This document shows positions 27,407 through 38,700 of a stretch of 64,000 bases of DNA, piece after piece. This DNA is from Balanoglossus misakiensis. Lineage: Eukaryota; Animalia; Hemichordata. The stretch is taken from NCBI GenBank assembly GCA_040954595.2, contig CM082588.2:1929027-1993026 (forward strand). Direction: 5' to 3'. Positions within the stretch are counted from its first letter, which is position 1. Each line of letters begins with the position of its first letter. The notes beneath the pieces were generated by a model that was not told where the DNA came from, did no database searches, and worked only from the letters and a program-made list of their open reading frames with translations. A program made the position numbers and the translations under genes.

Positions 27407-29290
27407 ATGTCTTCCCACGTGAAGATTAAGACTGGATTGATATTTTTCCTCGCGGTTGTAGTTGGATTTCTTCGCGGTCAGCCTACCATTCAGAAGGGCC
27501 CTTCTGACGCCCACGTATTCGCCGGACACACAGCTACGTTTAACTGTCTTGCTGACGGACTGCAAGACCCAGAAAACTCTGATTACAGCGTCGCCTGGAT
27601 GAGGAACGATGTCATCGCAATTGGCGTTAAAATCTACTCGGACCAAGACAAGTACAGTGTTTGTGAGTGTGATGACGGTAATTACACATTGCGTGTCAAA
27701 AATACTAATCAGGATGACGCTATACACGGATTTTCGTGTCATATATGGCACCCGAACGTTACTTCAAGTTGCGGCAACTTCTGCACGCCCGCTAAGATAT
27801 ACGTCACAGATGTCCCATTAGGGAATCCACAATGTTATCTAAATCCTGAGGAGGCTTCTCATACAGTAAAACTGCCTGGGGATCGCGTGGAAACGACCTG
27901 TCTCTTGCGCACTAGCGGCCGACCCGCGACTACACTCCGGTGGTTCCGGAACGGCCGGTCCGTAGGAGGAACGAAAATACTGGAAGGATTGCCCGACATA
28001 CGCGACGAATGGGTCGTGCACGAGGACGATAATGGAACCTCGATCAGGTGCATATATACTTCGGCTTTTGGAGAAAAATCATGTGATGTCAGCCCATTTG
28101 AAGTGAGAATATACAATATTGGCCTGACTGTCGACGAATCGAGGGACGACAAACTCATTTTTTATTGTAGTCTGGATGGAGCTCCAGACTTGGACGTAAC
28201 TTATTCGTGGATCGTCGACGGCGAGGGCGTAATCTTTCAGTCACGAAAGGACCAGACCGGATTGACTGACGATCAGCGGTTGAGATACAACTTGACTGAC
28301 GATGGCCGGCGGTTAACTATTGAGAATGTCGGCTACGGTGATCACGACAAACTTGTCCGTTGTTTTGTGCATGGCGATAACATCAAGGACAAACAAGCGG
28401 TTCATAGGATAGATCGACCTCCGCCGCCCACGACGACGGCGACAACAACAACAATAACAACCCAAGCAACAACAACACACTCGGATCATCTGGACCAAAT
28501 TGTCTGCATTGCACCCGTGATTGGTCTAAGTGTGACGACAGGCATTCTTTTGGCGGCGCTGGTAGCGTTGGTCGCTGTTGTCATCTGCTGGAAGTGCAGG
28601 AATAATTCTCGAGGAAAGCAGGACAATACGAGGTCTGGCGACTTTGTCGGTTATGTCAATGCAGGCCTGGTTGATCCGAACAAAAAAGAGGAAAGTAACG
28701 TCTCGGTGACCGATGAAACCAGCCTGGCGCCTGCCGTGGCAACCGCTGTACCAGACCAAGGCGATGGAGAGATTCACCTTCACTATGATTCCTGTGACGT
28801 CACCAGCTTGACCGCCAACTCGCACGGTCGGGCCAATTCAGCGACTGGCGAAAATGGGAAAGATACGGTAGATCGTCAACAAAGTAGCTCAAGAAGTGGC
28901 GCTTACGAAGTCGTCAATTTGGATACTATGGCGGTGGGAGGGAGCGAGAAGGCGGAGCCAGTACTCTACAAGTCGCTGACGCGGGACGTGGTGCAGCCCA
29001 GTTACATGTCCCTCGCGTCCGTGGCCAAACAAGAGAAGAACTCCAACCCCAAGCCTAAACCAAAAGTCCGACAAAAGCCACTGAAGCTTCCACTTCGTCT
29101 GCCAAAATCATTCAAGAGGGACAAGGGCGACGCTGGGGTCAAACCGAAACCACCAATGCGGCCCAGGAAGGACAAAGTCTGCGAGGAGAACCAAAACAAC
29201 ACCACAAACACGTGCCCGGTGAACCAATGCCAGCCAAGTAACCAGGTGCACGCACCCAATGGAATGGCGGCGTGGAAGGTCATGGTTTGA
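27407..29290 (+). CDS. Single-ORF IgSF type-I receptor, 627 aa: 3 Ig domains, Pro/Thr stalk, TM, long tail with a consensus ITAM and Pro/Lys-rich SH3-ligand-like segments
   Basis: Signal peptide ends LIFFLAVVVGFLRG. Ig domains: TFNC/VAWMR/FSC; TTC/LRWFR/IRC; FYC/YSWIV/VRC. Stalk is PPPPTTTATTTTITTQATTT and TM is VIGLSVTTGILLAALVALVAVVICW. The tail has YVN, YEVV and YKSL-x8-YMSL. AATAAA lies at 29439. Confidence 0.95.
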   Translation: MSSHVKIKTGLIFFLAVVVGFLRGQPTIQKGPSDAHVFAGHTATFNCLADGLQDPENSDYSVAWMRNDVIAIGVKIYSDQDKYSVCECDDGNYTLRVKNTNQDDAIHGFSCHIWHPNVTSSCGNFCTPAKIYVTDVPLGNPQCYLNPEEASHTVKLPGDRVETTCLLRTSGRPATTLRWFRNGRSVGGTKILEGLPDIRDEWVVHEDDNGTSIRCIYTSAFGEKSCDVSPFEVRIYNIGLTVDESRDDKLIFYCSLDGAPDLDVTYSWIVDGEGVIFQSRKDQTGLTDDQRLRYNLTDDGRRLTIENVGYGDHDKLVRCFVHGDNIKDKQAVHRIDRPPPPTTTATTTTITTQATTTHSDHLDQIVCIAPVIGLSVTTGILLAALVALVAVVICWKCRNNSRGKQDNTRSGDFVGYVNAGLVDPNKKEESNVSVTDETSLAPAVATAVPDQGDGEIHLHYDSCDVTSLTANSHGRANSATGENGKDTVDRQQSSSRSGAYEVVNLDTMAVGGSEKAEPVLYKSLTRDVVQPSYMSLASVAKQEKNSNPKPKPKVRQKPLKLPLRLPKSFKRDKGDAGVKPKPPMRPRKDKVCEENQNNTTNTCPVNQCQPSNQVHAPNGMAAWKVMV

Positions 29291-31136
29291 TATGAACTTT
29301 CCACCCCGTCTCGAAAGCTATGACACCAGTAATAAGGTCGATTCGCTATACAATTAGATTTTATACTAGCGGTATGTACATATAACCTCCAGGAATCCCC
29401 TTGTTTTGTAGCATACCTTGACCACACGAAGCACACAAAATAAAAAACAGATGTAAAGTTCACGGATATGTGACGTTGTGCAGAAAAACAAACTGCTACC
29501 TCGGGAAAGGGGTGCGTGTTGTGTCGTGTGTTTTGTTTTGTTTTGTTTTGGGAATTTTAGAAACATCATATTACTGTACCACATTTTATAAGAGTTCAAT
29601 TATCCGTATGCACCGTTATAAACTGGTCTCAACTTGGTGAAGGTTTTGATATCATTAGAGAAATTGTCACTTAATAATCCATAATCTTGCTCGTACGATG
29701 ATGTTCGCAAACAATTTCTTTCATTCAAGTTTATGTTTATCGACAAAGACAGCCGAATCATGTGGGCTTTGACTCACACTGACCGACTCCTGAATCTTGA
29801 CATGAGGCTCCTGTATTTTTGCCACGAAATCTTATTCATTAAGTGCGGGTCACTTACATGATAGCTGGTCACCTTGTTTTGCGACAAAATTAGAAGCGGA
29901 AAATAAAATATTTTTTTATGATTATCCTTCCCGATGTTTCTCCTATTTTTATTCACAAACATTACATTGAAATTCAAAACGAGCCTGTCGTTTTACGGCC
30001 GACTTTAGTCAAGTGTGCGTGCGCATGTGTCTGGCAAGCACCTGATCTCAGAAGCCTATTTTTACTCTCCGTTGTCACGCAGCGAATTTTTGCATTTGAA
30101 AGCCGTTCGCCAGCCATCTAACAAACAAGCGTCCACAAACAAAGACTCTCTCAGGCTAAGATCTGTAATCCCCTGTTTACGAGATTTACTTGTTTCATGC
30201 TGGTGTACTTTTTGTACAGTTATCGCTTTGCTATCTAACTACCAGAAAGGTATGATCACATGCACAGAGTCCATTTACCTTTACAATGTTTATCACCAGA
30301 AATCATACTCTGAGATGAGCATAGATTTCAAAGTTCTTTTGAAACAGGTTTACATCCCGTGTAGGGTGTCGCCTGTAAAATACACAGAACTAAAGTTCAC
30401 ATTTCCTGTCAAGGGTCAGTCACACCACACATGCAGTGAGGCAAGGTGGTTGTTTGACTCGTTATAGCGCCACAAACGACGAGAACAAGACTCGTTTGTT
30501 TTTACATGTCGTTTCGTAGTTTTCCAGCTAACAAAGCTGAAGATGCGGAGCATGAAAATAGTCCAGGTTGGCTTAAAATAACCTGCTATATATATTCTTT
30601 ACTATAACTATAATGTACAGCGTTCAAGGGGCCCTGGGGGGGGGGGGGGCAGAGGATGCAGCCATGTATTTATATCCTATGTATATATGTTACCTACCTC
30701 ACCAAATAATTTTCACTCAAAGTGTTTCCTTGTTACCATGTTGACAAAGAAGATCGATGCTCAGTACATTCCTTCTGTGCAGCTCTCAGACAGTTTTCGG
30801 TGTCGTGTATATCCTAGTTTCGATATGCAGTAATCCTATCCTTATCATCCGTGCGATTAATCACAGCTCCTCATAACAGTGGGACAGTGTATCAGTACAC
30901 GTCTTAGTTTTAGTGTCTGGTACGTGGACACAGTAAACCCCGTCGTAATATAAACTGAAGTCGTGATTCGCCATCATCGATTATCTGATGAACGTGGTAA
31001 ACCCCTCTTCGTAGACAATCACGGCCATTTTCTTATAGCTCGACAGATGCTGGGCAGAATCCTCTCGGAATAGTTCTGTCTGTTGCAAATGGCAACTGGC
31101 TGAGTCTGGAATACGTCCTGAAGTTACTCCCTGAAG

Positions 31137-32118
31137 ATGTTCGTTCATTTTAGAGTCTCGTTATTGTTCTGCGCTGTCGCCGGTGCGGTTGGCAAGCCAA
31201 TCACTGGTCGGCCGCTTTGGAACACGACATCAACGATGGTTATGTCGACGACGGATGAGCAAAATGCCACAACTTTCAAATCATCGCCGACGATGTTGCC
31301 GACCACGCTGGCGACGACGTCAACGGTGACGACTGTGGCGACAACGCTGGCGACGACGTCAACGGTGACGACTGAGGCGACAACATTGGCGTCAACATCT
31401 CAGACTGCAGCCAGTACATCTGAAACCATAGACCCTCGCTCCACAGTCTATGCTGAAACATCACCGACGCTGATGCAGACATTGATGGCCACGGACAGGC
31501 GAATGACGAGCGCCGCTACATCACCCTCGACCACCTCTTTGCAAACTCCTCTGACGAACTCGACAACGAGCAGCGCAATTCCACCCAAGGGGCTTCATTC
31601 TCTGCGTTGTTGCTGCTGCACTCTTGGTGGCGACGATCGCTGTCGCCGTCGTCGTCATCATCGTCCGGAAATATTCGCGTAGATCCACCAAGGACAGCGG
31701 TCGTGCCTCGCCCACACACTCGGCGAACGCAGCTATCACCGTTCCCGCCGGCATCATCCCGACCAGTCGAGAAGACGACAATACGCCGACCAATCACGAC
31801 GGAGATTCAATAGCTCTGCAACAAGCGCCACCATCGAAGGACGGATCCGAAAAACCCAGCGTAGGAAGCCCACCGCGCTTTGCTCTGTGTGACCTGAATG
31901 AGATGAAGATGGTTCTAAACAGTAAAATAAACACTCGTGTACGAGAAGACACCGAACAGGATCATAATCAAGATAACGCAAAGGGCAGTTGCTACGAAGT
32001 GGTGGAAATCCACGCCACACTTACAGCGCGTGCAGCTATTCCAATTGAAAACACAGAACATATCTACAAGTCTTTGAATAAGAAGGACGAATCTCCCTAC
32101 ATGGCTCTTCGACGATGA
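31137..32118 (+). CDS. Mucin-like (Ser/Thr-rich, Ig-less) type-I membrane protein with an ITAM tail, split by a single-base frameshift near 31589-31592 (assembly error, allele or young pseudogene)
   Basis: ORF 31137 gives a signal peptide (MFVHFRVSLLFCAVAGAVG) and a T/S-rich ectodomain up to SSAIPPK. The +1 frame from 31591 gives the TM GFILCVVAAALLVATIAVAVVVIIV, then RKYSRR and a tail ending YKSLNKKDESPYMALRR*. Removing one G from the GGGG run joins the two into one 326-aa ORF. AATAAA lies at 32243. Confidence 0.85.
31302..31400 (+). repeat. 39-bp coding tandem repeat (about 2.5 copies) encoding TTLATTSTVTT(V/E)A mucin units
   Basis: Units start at 31302, 31341 and 31380. The first two are near-identical (acgctggcgacgacgtcaacggtgacgactg). 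Confidence 0.85.
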
Positions 32119-35100
32119 GAATAGAATTGAATGAATAGAATTGAACAATATTACTTGAACTTTTTTCACGTGTAACAATTAAGTATCATTCTTGCCGTTG
32201 TTGATCGTTCCATTTCCATACACGTACTAGTATGTAAGTCAGAATAAAGGTCAATTAATCTTAATTGTCTGATATCTTTTGTTCTGTGAAACAGTCATCA
32301 TTTTCATATCAGATTAACAAAGTGTGCGTGGGGTAGAATGATAAAAAGCGTTCAAAATATATCCTTACTTCAACAGATTTACTGCCACCGACTACGAGAT
32401 GTCATTCATCCCATGATCTCTATTCACCGGCTTGTGTAAACACGGGCACATGACACTGAGTCTGAAAGAACAAGATATCAACCTATTCAACAGCCAGTTT
32501 CGAATCGACGAAGGTATGTAGGTCACCAGAAGGCCACCAGGAAGCACTTCGTTCTTCACGGGGAATGAACGACCTACACAATTCGAGGCGTTTGAGTTTA
32601 ACCGGGCCAAATTTTTATTTCAAGATCTAGGAGCTGCGTGCACTTACTGAGGTCACTTGAACTGCATTGAAGAGAATTCAAAAGCCCACGCTGCTCTCCC
32701 TTTTATAGGAGTAAACAGGTGTTGAACTAATATGTAAATTTAGAGTCTTTTGTTTGTAGGATTCATATTTAAATTCTACAGCCAAATTTGAGAGAGACAT
32801 AGACAGAGGCGTGATAAAGTTCTGTAGCGACCTCATCGTCGACTCTACTAAATATTTTGTTTTCCACGCGAGACTATATCATAATGCATTACTTTAATAG
32901 AACATGAATTTTACGGGACATTTACTTCCTCCTGAAAGCTTACAGTCGCATTAGCTGTGACCATCTGCGTCATTTTCGTGTTTTACTTCAAATCAAACCT
33001 AGTTCACGGAAATGTACTTAATGAGGCGTATTTTGCACCAAATGACATTCTGAGACACGAACGTGATACACAGCCGATGTAATACATGAAGTTTGACAAT
33101 AAAGCCACTGGTTAACCGAGACGAGTGACGCCACGGTCTTCAACAGTGGTGTAGATAAGAGTCTGTCTCTTTTGATGAACACGATAATTGTTTGAATAAT
33201 TATCGCTTAATTGCTCAATCTCAGATCAAACTTTTATCAGCCAGGGTAAGTAATCCCCTGGGTCTTTACAGATAACATGTTCGCATTTGTGTCCGCAATC
33301 AGCATACATTTGGGTTTTCGCTCGTGAGTTAACGAGCTTTACGCAATAAACGGGGCCTTTAGTGGTTAACGCTTGTTAGCGACAATTGGACCGTGTCTGG
33401 ACATGAACTTCAAAGGTCACTTATGTCGCTTCATAATAGAGAGTTAATTACAGAGCGGAACTGCGGTGATGGGGCAGTTCTAAAGAGAGAGCGGTCCCCC
33501 AATCCCCAAGAGGGTAGAGGGGGGGCTGGGTACAGAGAAATCTCAACACATTCCAAATTTAACGGGAGCGAATTACTGTTGCGTCTTTATGATGAAGACG
33601 CCGCCTTGCGTTTTCTTTTTGTTTTCGCTTCTTTTTGAGAGATGCACTTCGCCGAATTGCTTGTGACGACCTAATGTCCACCAATAAAGAAGCAACAGTA
33701 CAAAGAGCAACAAAGATTCCCACAAAAGCAACAACCTTGTTCTGTGCATTAAATGGGCGGTCAATTTACTCTCATTGTGGAATGAAGCCATTTGTGCTTG
33801 ATGAATGCAAAAGCATTGCTTCAAAAAAGACCAAGTTCTGCCGGCTTCACAAGTATACCAAAGTTCACCTGGACTCGTTTGAAAATCCGCGGTTTGGTCT
33901 GTCACGTGCATTAGGAACCACCGATTGGACACAGTCATTTTGGTATTTTTTCCAATTAACTCGTAATCTTTTATTCTAATCACCACTTATTTACAAGAGC
34001 TTTTTGACGCGTCTGACAGATCTTGATGGCTGATAACATAAACGAAGCAACGATTATCCTCGATTGCTAATCTCTTCCCAGATTTCGCTATCAGACTAAA
34101 CCACTCAGCTCAAAATCCATCCTGGTTTGGGGTGACCATCTCTCGCAAATACTCCATAGGAATCACAAACGAAGTCCTCGTCCGTAAAAACCCTTTTCAT
34201 AGATGTTTGTTTGCACTCTGGCTAACGCAGCCAAGAATAGCAACACAACCGACAAAGGTGAAAATTACCTGTGTCTACGACATAATAAGGTATTCAGTCT
34301 TTTTCATGGTCAGATAGGTTCGCACATGCCTTGGTCCCATTTCGTCAGTTTTAGAGTGTAGCAGAGGGGCATTGCCCGGCGCATGCGGCGCCTTTTTGAG
34401 AGACCCTTAGGACCACTTCAGGTACAGCTGTGATGGCACTAGATTTTCGAGAGTATTGCACGTGTACCTACATACACGTTCGAGTGTATTGGCAGACCTG
34501 TTCGTTTACAGTGGTGTTGCCATGGAATTTGGATAGTGGCCAAGGGGAATACGACACTTGTTGACTTAATGAAGTCAAGGGATTTTCACTCAGCCATAGA
34601 AACACAAAGAAACCCGAATAGAAGCAACAGGTTCTCTCATATTGGCCCTGTGCCAGCCGGGAAGGTGTTAAAAACAAACCGTGCAAATTGCATCAGAAAT
34701 TAGCGGAATCGCCGGCCGGGTCACCGTTGAGCCAACAGCGTAGATATCAAGAGAGACCTCAGCTACACGCTGCGTTGAAATGTTCAAGTGCACGGCTAAG
34801 TACTGACAAGGACACGTGCGATAGTGTGTCATGTCTTTTGTCAAGTCTAAACAAGTTTAAGTGCAGACATTCGAACCACCGTGTTAAAATCATCAAAATG
34901 ATGAGTGATTAGGAAAACCATGGTAACTATCAGCGAAGGGTAAAGAAAGGCCAATTTGCACGCTTTAGCTTGGTTTTTGCAATTATGTGTGGAGTTACAT
35001 GTAATGTGATGTAACTTTGAGGTCTGTGATATTTATTTTGCACCTGTCCACCACACTCATGCTGTTGCTAAGGGTAAATAGAATAGGATGAGAGAGATAG

Positions 35101-35580
35101 ACTGCCCAGCACCTTGCTGGTATCGTAAAAAAGACCAAAATATTAGCGAAACAAACAGATGTTGGTCGATATTGTGGTTGCATATAAAGTAGAACCACAC
35201 CTTGAAGACACACACGACGGTAGAGAGCCCTAAGCTGCACATATAGAATTTACACAGCATCGTCAGAACACACCAGCAAGGCACACAGTAAGTAACAGGC
35301 AACATTATTCCATGGCGAACCAAACGACGACATTACTGTTACCATGGCACCTCGACGGGGTCCATAAATCATCATGTACAACAGAGAATGGTGTATTTTC
35401 ACAATAGTGTAGCCTGTGGGTCAATTTTAATGGAAAGATCTAGGTAATAATGAGGGATTTCAAATCTTTCTGATTTATAGCTGACATTGCTACCTGCTGT
35501 CGACGTTGCCCGGGGTACTTCAAGAGCGATTAGTCGTGTGACCGACAGCTTATAATTCGCCTGTTTACTCATCGATTAGC

Positions 35581-35718
35581 GATAGCAGAATCGAAGATAA
35601 TGATCGATATCTGTCCGTTTAATTTAACAAACTAGTACAAAAACATTATCCGCTATCCGATATTAATAGCGATAAGAGACACGCCCGTTATCTTGCATCG
35701 CCAGCGTTGCCTGGCAAC
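35581..35718. promoter_or_regulatory. Candidate enhancer: dense GATA-site cluster followed by a palindromic RFX X-box
   Basis: GATA/TATC cores at 35581, 35596, 35606, 35647, 35654, 35659, 35671 and 35689, then GTTGCCTGGCAAC at 35706-35718. Confidence 0.35.
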
Positions 35719-38700
35719 CGTATTTAGATGCGCGCTTTTGTCCACCGAGAGGCGCTTTTATCATGTACTTCTCACTGCACAATCGGTGCTCTGTCAAGAT
35801 CTTATCCAAGTCGTATAGTTCCATTTTTGCAACAGGACGAAAAGATAATGGATAAAACAGTAAATGGTCTGGGGTCGCGTTTTCTAGTTTCTATGCCTGA
35901 GTTACACTGCACTCTACTGCGCATGTCATTATAAGCTTTTCCATGTGCCGACCGACCGTCACCTATCGACTTTTTGAACCGTAAGCGGGCCTCAGCTGTC
36001 TGCATCTGAGCGCATCACAGAATTATATTTCTGTATGTTTTGTTTCGCCTCATTGCAGTTTAGGGGGCAAGTATCCCCATATAGAAACCACCGAAGGGAA
36101 AGTCTGTGTTAGTTTTGTGCACTCTCCAATAAGTCTCAATAAATTACCCTGATGGTTGACGCCCAGTTCTGGATGACTGACTATTCTCACAGTCCGAAAA
36201 AAGAGTCTTTACGCGCAGAGGATAACAATTGTGGTCTGTGCTGACAAGAAAAAACCACTACACACTTTAAGTTAGTGTATTTTAAAAGGTAACAATTTCG
36301 ATGCAAACTTTGACCTCTGAACCACCAATCTTCTAAAATTAATTAACACTTATCTGGAAACGTGATTGCATGTTAGTATCAGTGATTGATAGCTTGAATG
36401 AACTTTTGACCCCACCTAGGCGCATCCAAATGAACGCCTTGTATGTGGTTCTCTGTCTTCTTTATAGTGCGAGAGCTCTATGGAACTGTTCCTTAGTTAC
36501 GAGGTGTCACATTTGATGATGACGTAAGATTTCACTGTTACCATGAAAGATGGTTGTCTCATAAAAGTCCAAAGCTACACAATATGAAGAAAAGTGAATC
36601 CCACCCCCTTTTTATTGAATCGGTGCCATGTGGAGCAACTTATTGACTTCTCTTGCCAACGACTGCAAAACATGTGTTTGATTTGTGGGTTGCCTTTCGA
36701 TTGCTTAACCCAAACGTTTTGTCTAGTCGATGAAAGATCCCTGTGTAAATGCACGTTTCCACAATCGCCCGCTCTGTGACATCTGCAGAGTTCAACTTAT
36801 CACTGTTTTGTTGTGTCTATCACGGCCAACAGTCAATTAACCTATGAGTTGATCCAACTGTGTACATGTATATCAAAATCACAAACTGTAGGTTACGCTC
36901 AGCACGGTTCAGGCACTAGTCCAGACTGTCACGTGACAGTAGATGCCATTTGAAGGACATTTCATATGGTTTTCAAACCCCTGGTATAAAAAAGTGTACG
37001 GATGGAATTGCCCAATACTCGAATTCCTCCCCGTAGTGTCCTCCCCTCAACCCGCTCCCCATCGATTCCCTCCTAGGCATAACCAAGGACGAGATGAGGA
37101 GTCCAGTTTCAAATTGGGAATATCTAACCTGTCCACCGAGTATGATTTATTTTGTCTGGCGAGTAAGAATGGCAATCAAAGTCCACTTCGCACCCAGGAG
37201 CGAAAGTGGGCGATATACTGTGTTGTAAATGAAAACACACATCAGCGACGTTCCTATCCTAAGTACGGGCCTCGATGAATTCAAATGGCCACGCTGACAA
37301 AAAACCTTGATAGTGCTTTTAGTCAAGACCGTGTTAGTTACACGTAAATCGAGGGTTAAAAAGTTGACATTCAATGACTTGCTTCGGGGGGTCAACTTCT
37401 AATGCAAGTACTCTAAGTTACAACTTCTTGGAGTACTGCTTCTTTGTCTGTCATTGTTGTCGTGTCCCTGCACTGGCGTTTCGGCTTTCTGCCTTGTTTG
37501 CGTCAATTAGCCACCCTCACATTGAGTGTTAGAGTGGTTTCTCTTGAAATTGGCGCTGGTCAAGTGCACGTCACCATAATGACGATTCATGGTAGTATTC
37601 TCGTCAAGAGAGGTGTTCAAGATACATAAACGTTCCCCCACATCACCCCCTCTGGTTGTTAAGACGTTTTCTGATCAAAACAGACACAGATGCCACTTTC
37701 AATTAACGGACAAACACCTATAGCAAACAAAAACGGACAGGCCAGCGTTTAAAATGAAAAGGTACCTCATCAATGGCGTCGCACTGGGGGTAGTTTGTTG
37801 AGTATAGCCCGGAGCGGTTTTCAGTTCACCGTGGGATCAAAATGGAAGCATAATGTCTTGTTATAGACCTGGAACCACTGACCGAAAATAAAAACGAAAG
37901 GATTAACAGTGCAAGTCCGAACGAACTTAGGCTAGAAGCTTTTCAGGTTCTTCTAACCTGATTATAAACACATGAAAGACAACCAGCCAGGGCATATTAT
38001 TAAAACTGACAGGACGTGTTCGGGTTCGTGCAAGCCAGTGCAGATTTCCTCCCATCACCATCGCCAAATTACGGACAATAGCTTTCATCATTTACCAGAA
38101 TACTCTGTATTATATGCAGAGAGAATTTTGAGACTTCAAATTATATAACCGGGTCGTGATAGTGTAATATGCTATGTGTAATAACTGGAATTCTTCTGCA
38201 AGATGAATTTACCACCCATTTGACAGAGTTTGTGGTTTAATATCACAAGTAAGCTCTGATTGCATTTTGGAATGTAACGCATGAATTGAAATTGGCATGC
38301 TGTGTTGTCAGTTTCATTGAGTGACATACACGTGTCGAAACAAAGGTAACAACCTTTGTACCCATAGTGAATTAATTAACAATATTGTCTTTCCTCGTCA
38401 TCGAATGTAACGACTGAATGGGTTGACAGGTAAACATTTCCCCCTCGGTCTGTTCATAGGCCGACCACACAGAAACCATACCGGTAGAACCTGGCCTCAC
38501 GCAGTGACTGGAATCCCTTGAAAAATCCAATTAGATCTCTTTGAGAATACTTGTAATTGCACCGTGTATATGCCCTGCCCCGTTTTCACGTTTGAATTCA
38601 ACACAGAGATATCGGAACAATCGCCTCAATTCAAGACATGCAATTCCTTGGTCGGTCCTCAGTTCGGAGGTAATTTCTCGGCATGCGTGGACAAATGGCC

